From Atractiella rhizophila (Eukaryota): a DNA stretch of 64,000 nt. Location: the NCBI GenBank assembly GCA_021432655.1, contig MU271188.1:53683-117682 (forward strand). The letters are read 5' to 3'. Made by a program: the position numbers and the translations under genes. Positions 1-14,500 of this stretch are shown here, piece after piece. The notes under the pieces were generated by a model. It did no database searches. It saw only the letters and a list, made by a program, of their open reading frames with translations, and was not told the origin of the DNA. Positions within the stretch are counted from its first letter, which is position 1. The number at the start of each line of letters is the position of its first letter.

Positions 1-362
1 CCTTAATACTTGCCCACCGAGAATACCACCAGTCTACGTCCTCGCCTCAATACTCAATGATGTACTAAGTGTCTCGACCTAAACTTGGCTAGAGAAAAAC
101 GAAAGTGCATTAAGCCATTCGGTACCCAGTCCCAGTCAAGACCAGTCCAACATGAAGTAAAAAGAAGTCAAGAAAGACCAGAGAGGTCTTGATCTTCAAC
201 ATAAAACGTTCAACGATGTGGCCACCAGCATGTAGTGGCAAGATTTAACCAGGCAATGATTACGACAAGATAGGAAGCGGAAGCGGAACGGAATGAAGAG
301 GCCAGGTTGAGGAAGGTATCCACAACGAAATAATGATAGGGGCTCCCGATGGAAGCGAACTC

Positions 363-1615
363 CTAGTTCTGCACGAACGCGAATGTCTGGAGAGCTTCAT
401 CAGCTACAGAGGTGATGCGGGGGAGAAGAAAAGACGTACGAGGACATCATCGCTCACCGATTGCTGGTAATGCTCTTCCGTCTGACCGATGTCCCCGGAG
501 ACGAAAACATGGTCTTGGAGGAGGAAGAATTGAAGTTTGGCTGTGCCACACGGAGTGAGACGACTAGGGGGAGGGGGGAAGGAAGACATACAAGATCCCC
601 ATGATCCCGTCAAAGCACCGTTTGACGCTTTGAGCGTCCACTACATATGGCTTGTTAATATTGCGCTTTCGAGGCAATGCTGAAGAAAAAACGTACACAA
701 GACGATGTGCTCTCAGTATCTTTCTTCGTAGCCAAGTTACCCACGGCCGCAGGGGAGTCGGCTATTCATGGTCGATCAGTAAAATAGGGAATACGAAGGA
801 AAGAAAATTTAGAGAGGAGACAGACACTTCTTCGTAAAAGTGAGCGCTCCAATCTGAGCGGATCCCTTTCCGATATTATCCGACACTGTCTCGTCTCCTA
901 CACTGGCGATGCCAAGCACAGGATAATTGGCAGCCTGGGCAGAATTCTGCGTACCCACGCAAATCAATGAGTCTCCATCTGAGCGCAGTGATGCAATGCA
1001 AGGGTGCAAGAAAGGGGATGGGAGAGGAGGAGGACCGCACCCAGATTCTCAGTTCATTATTCTCCGCAACATATCGCACCGTCAAAGCGCTTGCTGCCTT
1101 TGTAGTGAGGGAAACGACACCGCTCCCTGTAGTAAAAGAGTTGGCGAGGTAGCCGACTGAATCTCCATCTGCACCGATTAAGTATTCAGTCGGGGAGGAC
1201 GAGGTATCAACTGATGGGAGCCGGGACATACTCTGGAAAACTTGAATCTTCCCTACGACGTCGTCTGGTGTTGCTCCATCCGTCGTAGAGTTCGATGACG
1301 ATCCTGACAATAGATCTACACCATCATCGACACATTAGCAGGTTAATCTAGGGAGGGAGATCGATTCCGGCGATCCTCTCGTCATTGGAGGTTGCAGAAC
1401 ATTGGCGCATTTTGAAGCAGGGTGGAGAAGGCAAACGTACCATCTACCAGTCCCTTCTTCACCACTTGCAACCTTGCAGCGCGTGCTTTATGCGAGCTCT
1501 GGACGAATCTCCTCTCAACCAGGCTGGTAAGGGAGCCTGAGTTGGGACGTGCGACGGCCGAGGTGACCGAGGAGAGGATGAGGGGGAGGGACAGAAGCGC
1601 GGTGAAGAACTTCAT
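363..1615 (-). CDS. Multi-exon secreted protein of unknown function
   Basis: ATG at 1615 gives MKFFTALLSLPLILSSVTSAVARP (signal peptide) followed by LVERR (Kex2-like site). Spliced exons continue through ORF 876..1310, and the last exon ends ...QTFAFVQN-TAG at 363. Confidence 0.7.
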
Positions 1616-3044
1616 CGTTGTCTGGAATGATACAGTAAAAGAGTGAAGCTGAAGCCGAAGGGCGTAGAAGTTGGGTATCTGTGAGATATAAACTTGCGTC
1701 TGAATTCCTTCGTCGTCCTGAGGTAGCCGCACCGCGGGAATGCGGATCTCGTGATTTTTTTCACCTTATTTTCGAAAACGAGCTCTCTGGTGTGTCATAT
1801 ACATAATGTGCATAATACGTGATGCGATGCCAAGTTTTGCACGCTAAGTGGATGTCATCAATATTGCGAGATAATGGCATTCTTCACGGGCTACCGAATT
1901 TACATGGGTGACAAAGAACAGTGAAGACATACAAGCCGTCTATCTCGAATCACTTTCCCTGCTGCCTCTTCCGAGTATCACATCTTGGAGCGGAACTCAT
2001 CCTTGATATCGTATGTCTCAGTCTTCTCGCACAAGCTGAACAAATCTCGCCCACGTTTGAGAGACCGAGCACTTGTTCTTTCCCCTGATGATCCATTGTC
2101 ACCTGTCAAATTTAGCTTTATTGTAGACCAGAGAGAATCACTTACAAAACACACTGAAATATTCACGTAAATGGTTGGTGCACTTATTGGAAACCGCACC
2201 GATTTCTGATTTTGTTGGGGTATATGCATATACCTCGATGGCACCAGAAAGTGCACGAGACCAGGAGAATTCGTATGCAGTCTGCCTCAGTATTGTAATA
2301 CCTTCCATATTGAAGTACCTTCGTTGTGACCCTCGGTTAAAGATACGGCATCAATGACGCAAAAATGAGCATAAACGCTTCATGAGTGGTTGCATAGCAA
2401 TTCATAATTTCTTTCTGATATCCCATCCCTACCAACAGAAAATGCCAACAGACGAAAAAATAGGTAATAAATATAACCCCGCAAGTAGTACCTTCAGACC
2501 ACAACCTGATCTTCAAGTGTGGAAGGGGGTCCCTTCATCTCAAGATTGATCTCCCAAAAGCGCGTTAAGCAGAACCTCTACATTAGATGCCATAATGATA
2601 CATGTGTTGAACATGAATCGGCGGAGGACTCCTAGGCGTAGGCTTTTGGGATAAACTGAATGTATAATAAATTTTCAAGCAGCCTTCGCATCCATTCCCA
2701 TCGTATGCTGTGAAAGGAAACGAGCTCGCTCACGGAGACAACACGAAGTAATCCGTTTGAAAGAAGCCCCCATAGTGTTTGTCAAAATAGAGCTACATTG
2801 ATAAAGTCGAGCCTAGTATCAGCACTGTTGTATTGGGAAGGAGCTCCTTCCTCCAACTTCCTATTTACTCGTCGCAAAAATTTTCGTGTCGATGCTTTTA
2901 TAAGGGGTACTGCCGCTGTACGCCTTGTCCTTCCGCATTCCACGGAACATGCCGCTTTGACATCAGCCGCCGATATTTCTTCAGCAATCCTATATTTCAT
3001 AGTTTCATAGGTCCAGTGTTTACGTTGCAGCACAACCACGCGAC

Positions 3045-4682
3045 ATGCCGGCCTCAAAATACTACTCCCGCGCACCAGACGTACTACCGCCAAGTCCAAG
3101 CCCAACGCTAAACGCGTTCTATCAGACGAAGAGTCGTCACACTCTGAGGGCGATCATTCCGAGTTCTCTGCCCATTCCGATGAAGAAGAAGATAAAGAGA
3201 GCGTGGCAAGTGAAGACATAGACGCGAGCTCGGATGGAGGAAAAGGAAAGAATAAGAAGCGAAAGAGAGCTACGGCAAGGGATGACGGGAGTGCGAAGAA
3301 GAAGCTAAAGGGCAACGGAAACGGGAGGTCTACTCCTACAGGGAAGGGGACGAAAGTCATTAAGGAGGTGAAACAGGTTGAAGCTCCTCGAAAGCAAGGT
3401 GTGTAATGCCTTTCTTAATAAGGACATTTGGGAATGCTGTGTCTTGTGTCTTCAGCACCACCTGGACAAATTGCCCGAACCACGATGGACTTTCTCTCAG
3501 CGCTCTGCGACCCTTCAAAGAATGACCGCGAATGGTTTGCGATTCACGAACCCTTGTACAAGCACGCGCTCGCAAACTGGCATGCGTTTGTCGATGCTCT
3601 TCAGCCTCTGTTGGTCGAGGCCGACCCAACAATCCCGATCCTTCCGAGCAAGGATTTGGTGCATAGGATTTATAGAGATGTTAGGTTCTCCAATGACAAA
3701 ACACCGTATAAGAAGAATATGTCAGCTGCGTTCTCGAGGGCGGGAAGAAAAGGAGCATTCGCATCGTAAGCTTCTCTGCTTTTCGTTTGTTTCAGAAGGT
3801 GCTATTGGCAATATCACGCCAAGTATCTAAGTCGCGTACACAGCGATGCCATTCGGTATATTGTTAGGGCTTGTTAGCTAGTCTATAGGTTTCATCATAG
3901 CTTGCATATTGTGTTCAACCAAACAGAATACTAATCCTCTTTCCTGTCATAGATATTACCTGCACATCCGTATGCGTTCCTTTTCTGCCATCACCGACTT
4001 CTAATTTTGCTTCCCAACCCAACAGAACCTGGCGACGGCTCTCTCCTTGCGTGTGGTCGATGGTCCCCACCCTCTTCTGAGCTTGTCACGCTACGTCACT
4101 CCTTCCTCGACCCCGTTAAGAACAAGAAGTTCCGTCGAATAATCAATGAAGAAAAATTTGTCAAGTTCTTCGGGCCGGCGAAAGCAGGACGGAAGGGGAA
4201 AGGGAAGAGATGCAATGTTTTTGGGCACGAGGATTATTTGAAGAAGGCACCTAAAATGCAGGGAGTCACGAAGGATCATAAGGATATTGATTTGTTGAGA
4301 TTGAAGACGGTGGGAGTGAGCATGACGTGCGTTCCATCCTTTCATGCCCGCTATGTGCCGTCCCATCAATGAGCAATGGATTCATGTCTGAGTGTAGGTT
4401 CAAAGATGAAGAAGTCTTGTCACCGGAGTTTAAGTACATTCTTTTCGAGGTATTCAAGGCACGTTCCCTCTTTAGCCATTGGTTGAAATTTTGTACCTTG
4501 AACTGAAGGAAGAGCAGGTCATGTCCCCCTTTGTCCGCTACCTTAACGTGCTCCTCCGTCCGCGTTCGAGGGATTCCTCTGATGATGACGAGGATGATGA
4601 CGACGAGGACGAGGAAGCTAACGATGAACAACCACAACAGGAGGAGGAGGAGGAAGCCGAGGAGGATGACAACGTAGTGTGA
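3045..4682 (+). CDS. DUF2461 (TIGR02453-like) family protein; start uncertain
   Basis: Motifs NDREWF, HRIYRDVRFSNDKTPYK, YYLHI, LKKAPK and HKDIDLLRLK. Basic/acidic low-complexity N-terminus and an acidic tail ending at TGA 4682. Confidence 0.8.
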
Positions 4683-4847
4683 GGCAATCCCATAGAGAAC
4701 GATCGTGAAGTTTGGCTTGTGCAATGTAACTTATCGCTTGCTGTATGCATATTCATCTCCCTTCCGTTCAGCATCGAACCTCAACCTGTCAATGCACCAC
4801 ATTGTCCAGACTTATGAAGGAACCCAAATAGATTAGGCTGTCTTTCT

Positions 4848-7065
<2,218 letters not shown>

Positions 7066-7631
7066 TTCTTAGAAGAGTCGTATTATCTGTAATATACTCG
7101 AATGGAGGGTCGTAGAGCAGTAAGTATGGGAGTCTAATCGTCGTCGTAGAAAGAATTGGAAAGAATTCAAGTTGGAGGTGACGCGTTCTGGCGCGTTTAA
7201 GTCGGAGACATCACTACCCTGTTAGTTCTGCACTAAGGAAGAAGCAAGCGCACGTGATCAGTCAATGTTCTCTTCGAGGTGACTGGTAAAATCGTAAAAT
7301 CATTGATGGTCTATCTGGCTCTTTGTACACTTTGTGCAGTCCTTAGTTTTTGTAGACTCAAGGACAAAACTGCCGTACTAGCAGGGCAGCTGTGACATGG
7401 CCAATACTGCACTTGGGGTCTCGGCAAACGTTCGAACAAAGTCTTAATATTTACAGAAATCTGCATTGTGCCTACACCACTAACCAGACCTTGCAGAGTA
7501 AATGGTCCATGAAGCGAGTGAATAAGTTTTAACCTATTGGAACTAATACAAATGCAGATGATTAATCGATACCCCATAGAAACCAACAACTGCACTGACA
7601 CAGGTTAGCACATACATCCTCTGCTTCCACT

Positions 7632-9753
7632 TCAGACAGTGGCTTTCTCGGCGGATCCATCATGGTGTTTCTCCTCACTCGCACTGATTGAATCACCATT
7701 AAGCTCCTGCTTCTTAATGCTCTCATCCGTTTCCGACTCCTCTTCGTCCTCAGCCGATGTCTTGACGCCTTCGATTTGTTTAGGATTGAAGGCGAAGGCA
7801 CCTTTGGGGATGAACGTCGCAAGGAGGATGATGCCGCAGCACACTGAAAATTGGATGCTGTAAAACAAACAATGTCAGAACCGAACAAAGTCCAAGGTAG
7901 ACAGTGCACTCACCCTCCAACACGTTTGAGCGAGTCCACAATGTCACCGTTCTTCTTGTAATCGCGGTCGATGACTTTTCCGAGGACGGAGGAGAAGACA
8001 GCGTTGAGGACAATGTACGTTGAGTAGAGGAAGGCCATCACTGCTCCAAGAGCGCTGACCCCAGGGTATTTATCGCCTATTTTTATGTCAGTCTATGAAA
8101 ATCGGAGGGAGGACAGGTCATACCGTAATTTCCGGTCGAAAGAGCGCTCTGAATGTAAGCAGCCAGACTGACGTCCCCAGCAGCCCATCCAAAGGAAATA
8201 GGAATGAAGCAACCAGCAACCCTGTCTTTACGTCAAAGACAGATAAATTCGATGGAAACTTCTAAACTCACTTCCAGGCCCATCCAACATCTCCAGGAAC
8301 GGCAATCTTAGCAAAGTGGGGTAAGACCCAGATGATGTTGAGAGCGAGAGCATCGAGTCTCAGCCAGGGCATAGGCGTAACGACGACATCTGAAAGTGCA
8401 AAGACCGAGGCAGCACCGAGGAGTTCGCCAAAATTTGAACCTCCAGTAACGATCTGGGACCAAGCAGAGTTTCCCAAGGAGCGTTTGGCGTAAGCGGAAC
8501 CAAGGGTTGACTCGAGGAATCGATGGAGATAAAGTGCAAGGGCGTATCCAGGGATGAGCCCTATTTGCATTTTGTTAGTTATTCCGGAAACGATGTGAAG
8601 GAATTAGGATGACGCACAGACAAACCTCCTGTGGCTGAGCAGGAGGACCCCTCCAACGTAAACGGATTCAGCAAAACCGAAGGCAGCCAACCCGATCATC
8701 CTGAAGTAGCTCAATATTCCTCTCCTCTGCCTTTTCTCGGCATTCGCAAGCGGTACGCCTTCATCAGCTACCACACCGCCGCTTCCAACAGTAGTTGGTG
8801 GTCGGACGAAAAACCAAATAGCTCCAGCAAAAACCTAAATAGAAATTATTGTCAGAAGACGCCTCCAAGTAAAAATGCGAAAATACGTACAAAGAAGACT
8901 GGAGTGAGGAAATACGAGTAGTTGTTTCCCCATCTCGAAATCGCGGAAGAGGAGGCAAAGGCACCAGCAGTACCAGCAACTTCGTACCACACGTGAACAG
9001 TGGCATCCATTCTTCGCAGCTTTCCAACGTTTCCTCCGACGATATCACAGGGAATGATCCTCCTGATCAATTCCACTCCTCCATATCCGATGCCGGCGAT
9101 TGTCCAGAAGAGGAAAATGAGATCTGGCGTCCACGATCCATAATGCTTGCCTTCATCGTCCTTGAACTTTCCGCCTGCGTATAAACAGCTCAGAAAGTTA
9201 AACATTAGGTCAAAAACGAGACGCACCAGTGGCGGCATCCACGATGAGCAAGAGAGCAGTCATGACAGAGAATAAGAAGACGGCGGATGCGAGAACCGTG
9301 CGCGTTGGGAGGAGCTTGACTGCTGGAGCGACGAGGATTGAACCAACGCATTGAGCAGCTTGGTTGACACCTGATATAACTTGGTGAGCACAGAATTAGT
9401 CGGAGAAGTGGGCGACATACCTTGAGCAGCTCCGAGTTTGGTAAAGGTTTCAGCAGCGTTAAATCGATCGGTGGCCAGAGTCGTAATACTTCCATTGAAA
9501 AACTAAGCGAGCTCCGTCAGATTGATATCAGAAGTGAGCGTGTAACGATGCCTACTTCCAGTCCTACTTTGTAGAACATGATACCAGCGATGTATATCGC
9601 GCTTTCCCCTTAGGTCAGAATGAGTTTAGTTACCATGAGAGGACAACAAACATATTCCTCCTCTCGGCGGGAGAGTAGGCTGTCACATTGAATATCAGCT
9701 CGGTTGTGAATACAAAAAAGGTACTCACAGTGCCAAATCTGTTTGATATTCAT
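7632..9753 (-). CDS. MFS-like multi-pass membrane transporter
   Basis: ATG 9753 (MNIKQIWH) followed by GTGAGT. Hydrophobic exons include IYIAGIMFYKVGLE, GIGYGGVELIRRIIPCDIVGG..LRRMDATVH and QIVTGGSNFGELLGA. Stop at 7632. Confidence 0.8.
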
Positions 9754-11551
9754 ATCGTTCCTTCTGTTAGCTCGGATGCACTTCAAGCTAGAATGTCACT
9801 TCTTCGAGGGATGAGAGGGAGGATGAGTTGGACACTCCATCAAGGCTTTTATACGTCTTCCTGCCAATCTCTCGTATCTCGTCCATAATCGAGAGCAAGC
9901 GCAACTGAATAACAGCTCAGGCACGTTGCTGGAGGCATTGAAATTTCTGTATTGGGATACGACCTTGGTTTTCTCTTGGCCGTCTGTATGCCTCAGAAGT
10001 ATGAGGAGGAGAACCGGGAGAACTACCGGAACTTTGAGGTGGAGTTGGATGGGTCGCATCCCACAGACGGTTAGAGGCGGCTCACTTGCTTGGCTGCTTG
10101 CTTTTCGCAGCTTGCGAGACAAAGAAGCCTCGGTGTGAGTGTTAACAGCACGTTCGAGAGAGAGAAATTCGGTTATTATGGAGAGACATGGAACAAGCAA
10201 ACCCATGATACGAAGGGATCAAATCTAACGGAGTTGAACCCACAGAACAGGGTATTTCTCGTGTGCCAGTTCGAACGAATGTCAAAAGTGCAAAAGCCTG
10301 TCTGACTCTAGAGTCGTACGCATGCTCGGACACCAGCATGAGCTGTGGACGAAATACAGGTTGGATCTCATGATCAAAGCGCACGAAAGCGACGAAGGAG
10401 GCTGAAATTCGCTGAATTCACTCACCACGTTCAGGCCAACTGAGGGAGCGTCATGTCTTCATATTGCCTCTATATCCATGCTTGCCACCTTCACAGCAGT
10501 CCAACTGTTGTGCACCCTTTATGCTTCCTGTTGAAACTCAGTTGGCCCAGTCAGAGCAACCTGAGGCAGAAAATTGAAACTTAAAGTGTCAAGTCGTACG
10601 GCTTCATTCCAAAGCAGTTTCGAAGGCAATGAATACACGCATGAAGTTCGTGAAATGGACAAATCGAGGGTCTTGCTACTATCACGTGATAAATGTTGTG
10701 GACAAAGAAGGCCCGATCTGGTGGCAATTTTCTCTGTATCAGTTTGCTTCAAGCGCATATAGAGCTACTGCAGCTGCATGGGTAGGATCAAGTAGGATTT
10801 GTGAAGCAGGAGTCGAAATATGAAACAGAAGAGCGGAATGAACCAAAATGGAAGTAAGAAGAGTGGGAGTGGGTTGGTGAGAGGGAAAGGGAAAAAGAAA
10901 GCTGTTGAATTGGCGGAGAATAAAAGATTCAAAGTGAGTGCTTTCCTGAGGAGGGTTTCAGGGTTTCAGATGGACCATCACTGAATTTTCTATTTTACCA
11001 CTGTTAGTATGACTTCTTGCAAGAAATTTGGTGAAGTGACCCTGGTTGCTGTCTAGTAACATTGGATAGTTGCTATTCTGTGAGCTTGTCTCTTGGGATC
11101 AAACGAGTATCCAGAAAATCGTACAATCTTCTGCCATACTAGTTCTCCTAGTAGTATTCTGATGGATTGTTTCCTTGGCCCGAACTTGCTCTGTATCCTT
11201 AGGTTAACTCTGAGGTCTGGTTGTTGAATATTTTCGTTGAATATCCTGTTCATGGATTTAGCTATTGTGCGCGTACAAGTACCGCCATGCATAACGCCTT
11301 GCAACCAGCAGAAAAGGTATCGCAGTTCTCTCACATTCTGGCGATTTGTTGCCAGTCGGGTTTCGCACGATATGATTGCGAGAAACAGAGATCAAGTACC
11401 GTCGCCAAGTTGGAGTAGAACGCACAGTTATGTATTCTAACATCCATTTCAAATTTAACCCTTTCCCGTCCTCTATGAGATTCTGTGGTTACGAAGTGTA
11501 CTAATTCAGTCCCAGTATGCCTCCAACTCCTCACAACTTGCAAATCTTCCG

Positions 11552-14500
11552 ATGCCGACGTCTTCATTTGCTCCTTCGACATCTACCTCATACATCACGA
11601 GCGACTCCGAAACAAATCCGCTTTTGGGTGCACTCAACCACCTGGTGTTGGAAGATTTAACCACTCCGTTCCTCCATCTCTCTCGCGCACTGCGACCGTG
11701 CGTGGTGACGTGGGAAATGAGCGTATGGAAGAAAGATGAAATATTTACACTTCTCACTGCTGCCATCAAACGGAACACGGGACATTCATTAGATTTGCTT
11801 GAGGCGGCCATGAAGATGTTTACACCGGATGAGGTGGAGCTCGAGGGGATCCTTGAGATTACCAAAAGCATCATAATTTTGGCGGTGGAGCCGAAGACTG
11901 CATTTGACACAGTCGAAAGATGCGCCGCTATTTTAAGTCTCCTTTTTGGGAGCTGGGGAGGGAAGTGGTTCTTGAGAGAGGAGGAGGAAGAAGAAAAAGA
12001 AAAGATGGAGGTTGAAGAACAGAGACGATCGGAGAAATTGAAGAACGTTTGGACCGTTGTAAGAGGAGCGTTGGGGTACAAAGAGACGACAGTGAAGGAT
12101 CTGGATGGCGATGTGGACATGACGAGTGGTAAGGAGCAGGAGGAGGAAGAGGAACAGATACAAGATCCAGAGGATGAAGATTCTTCTACGCTTGTCGAGA
12201 GCCAAGAGGATGACGGGGCAGAGGCTGACGACAAAAGGCAAGACGGAGGTGAGGAAGGAGACGAAGAAGAGGTGGAGGATGCGGATGCGGTGGATGCAGA
12301 GTCATTACCATTACCAGTTCTGCAGTCGTCGGTTTCGCCCAAATTGTTCAGGTTGCCCGTCACCCATGTCCACTCCAGCGTACTCCGTCTCATCGCCTCT
12401 TCTTTCTCTCACATCTTCCGGCGCGCCCGTGCCTCTAAAGGTGAAATACGCCGGGTACTGGACTTGATGCTTTGTGACCTTTGCCAGGAAGCTCCTGAAT
12501 TGGACTCCGATGTAGAGGTTCAATCGAAGAAAGGGAAGGCGAGGGGAAAGCAGGGCGGAGAAACCATTGGATTTCGGGACGCTATTGCTCTCGTGCTATC
12601 GGAGGCTTGCAAATCCATACCACCCAGTTTGCATGCACATACAAAAGACATCATGCACTCTCTCTTGGATACTATCCTCTCACCGTCATCTTCTACCAGG
12701 CTTGTTCAACGCACTGGAGAAGTTTTCAAGTCCATCCTCACGGCCCTCGTTCATTTCACGGCACCTGCGGACGGGGAGGATGAGTTTGGAGGTTTTGAAA
12801 TGAATGTAGGCGAGACGATTGTGAGTGCCGTGGAGAAGGCATGGGAGGATCAAGCTAGTAGTATCGAGGCGAACGAACAGCTTTTAGAAGTGATGATCAC
12901 CATAGTGGGCGGGAGGAAAGGGAAAAAGATTTCTGGTGGGTTCGACTGCTTGAGAAGCATATTTGACTTACTAATTGACATTTAGGCCCACAAAAGATGC
13001 GGATATCAAAGCTTTTGTCGAGAATGCGAAAACCTTTCATTTCGAACGACAAGACCAGAGCCAAGTTCATCGAATTATCCCTTTCTTCCCTCCTATCTTG
13101 CGCATCCAGCGTCGATGAAGGGTTTGTTACAACTCTCCTGGGCATCGGGAAGGAAGCGGATGCAGAATATATCACTGTTATCCTTGTCTCTCTCGTCCGC
13201 TCAGATTGGCTCCGTTGGTCAACTTTGGGTTCCGGTCTAAGTCAACAGTGGATGCTGATCTCGCGAGATTCTACTTCAAGGCAACACCAGCTACGGCTAC
13301 TCGCCGAACTAGCAAGGGCATCCAAACTGGTCGCTTTCCTGAACCAATATCCAATCATCTTGAATTCAATAATCAAACCTTTCACGGGAGACATCGACTC
13401 AGCTCGCTGGAGCAGCCTCAATATGGCAGATCTAGCCGACGAAGTTGCGATTCTCAAGGCTATTTTGCAGAGTGATCGTTGCACTGCAGCTGAACGGATG
13501 AGCTGGAAGGAACAGTTGCTGGGTGTTCTGCAGACTTTAGTTGGAAGGGTAAAAGGGTCGGAGGCTGCGAAGGAGGAGTTTGCGAGCTCGGCAGAGAATG
13601 AGACCCTCCGTATGGCGTGGATACTCGAATGCTGGGTCAAATTGCAGCCAACACTCAGCGAAGAAATGTTTACACAAGTGCTGGAGCGATGGCATTGGAG
13701 TAAATTAGTTCTAACAAGTTTGGTTGTTGTGTGCGTTGTTTGCTCAGCATCGCGGTGCCGAAGAATTGATTCAGGCTGTAGGTCGGAGACAGCACCTCAA
13801 ATTTCGCAAGCCCAACTCAAGCTGTTACTTCCCAATGTTATCTCAGAAGATCGTGCATTACGATCCACCACTTTGAGGTTGTTACGGGCTTCTTTCCCGA
13901 CGATGCTGGACGATGCTATTGTGTCGAAATGTATTGACATCGACCACATACCACTTCTTCCTACTTCTACAAGAGAGTTTTCGGTCGCCATCCGAAAGTT
14001 GGTTGATGTGGCAACGAGGACATTTGGAGACGAGGATGGCCAACATGAGACGACCAAAACGGTTGTTGTCTCATATCTTTTGTGTATGTTTCTCACATTG
14101 TTATTGCACTCGCTCTCATGGAGCAAATAGCTTTATTGAAGGCAAACTTCCAACCGGTGTGGTCAGATGCAATTTCGGGCCTCGCCACATTAGCCAAGGT
14201 CTTGCCCACAGTTATTTCGACGCTTGGCATCAATGAATTAGAGCTTGCTGCCCATTCAGACATCAAACTTCGAGTGGTGAAATCTCCCCCGTGGCAGCCA
14301 AAAGAAGAAGCGACTACCACAAGAGAAAATGCTGTTTATGACTTTCGCGATGTCAACATCGCGTCAGTTCACCGTCAGGTAATTGAAGTTACCCGATTTT
14401 TGTGCGATCGGAAGCTCAATCCAACTCTCATAGACGACATCGAGGTACAAGGTTGTCTTCTGCATGATTTAATGATCTAATCAAATATTTCAGCGTCAAC

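Noticed and set aside
9760..11450. Many 60-136 aa ORFs in the MFS-UTP20 divergent spacer
   Set aside because: They have no recognisable motifs or consistent exon chain. I also saw no TPP-riboswitch core.
11506..12393. 295-aa Ser-rich minus-strand ORF
   Set aside because: It is an antisense shadow of the Glu/Asp-rich UTP20 exon. The same applies to other antisense ORFs such as 20266..20817 and 4266..4724.
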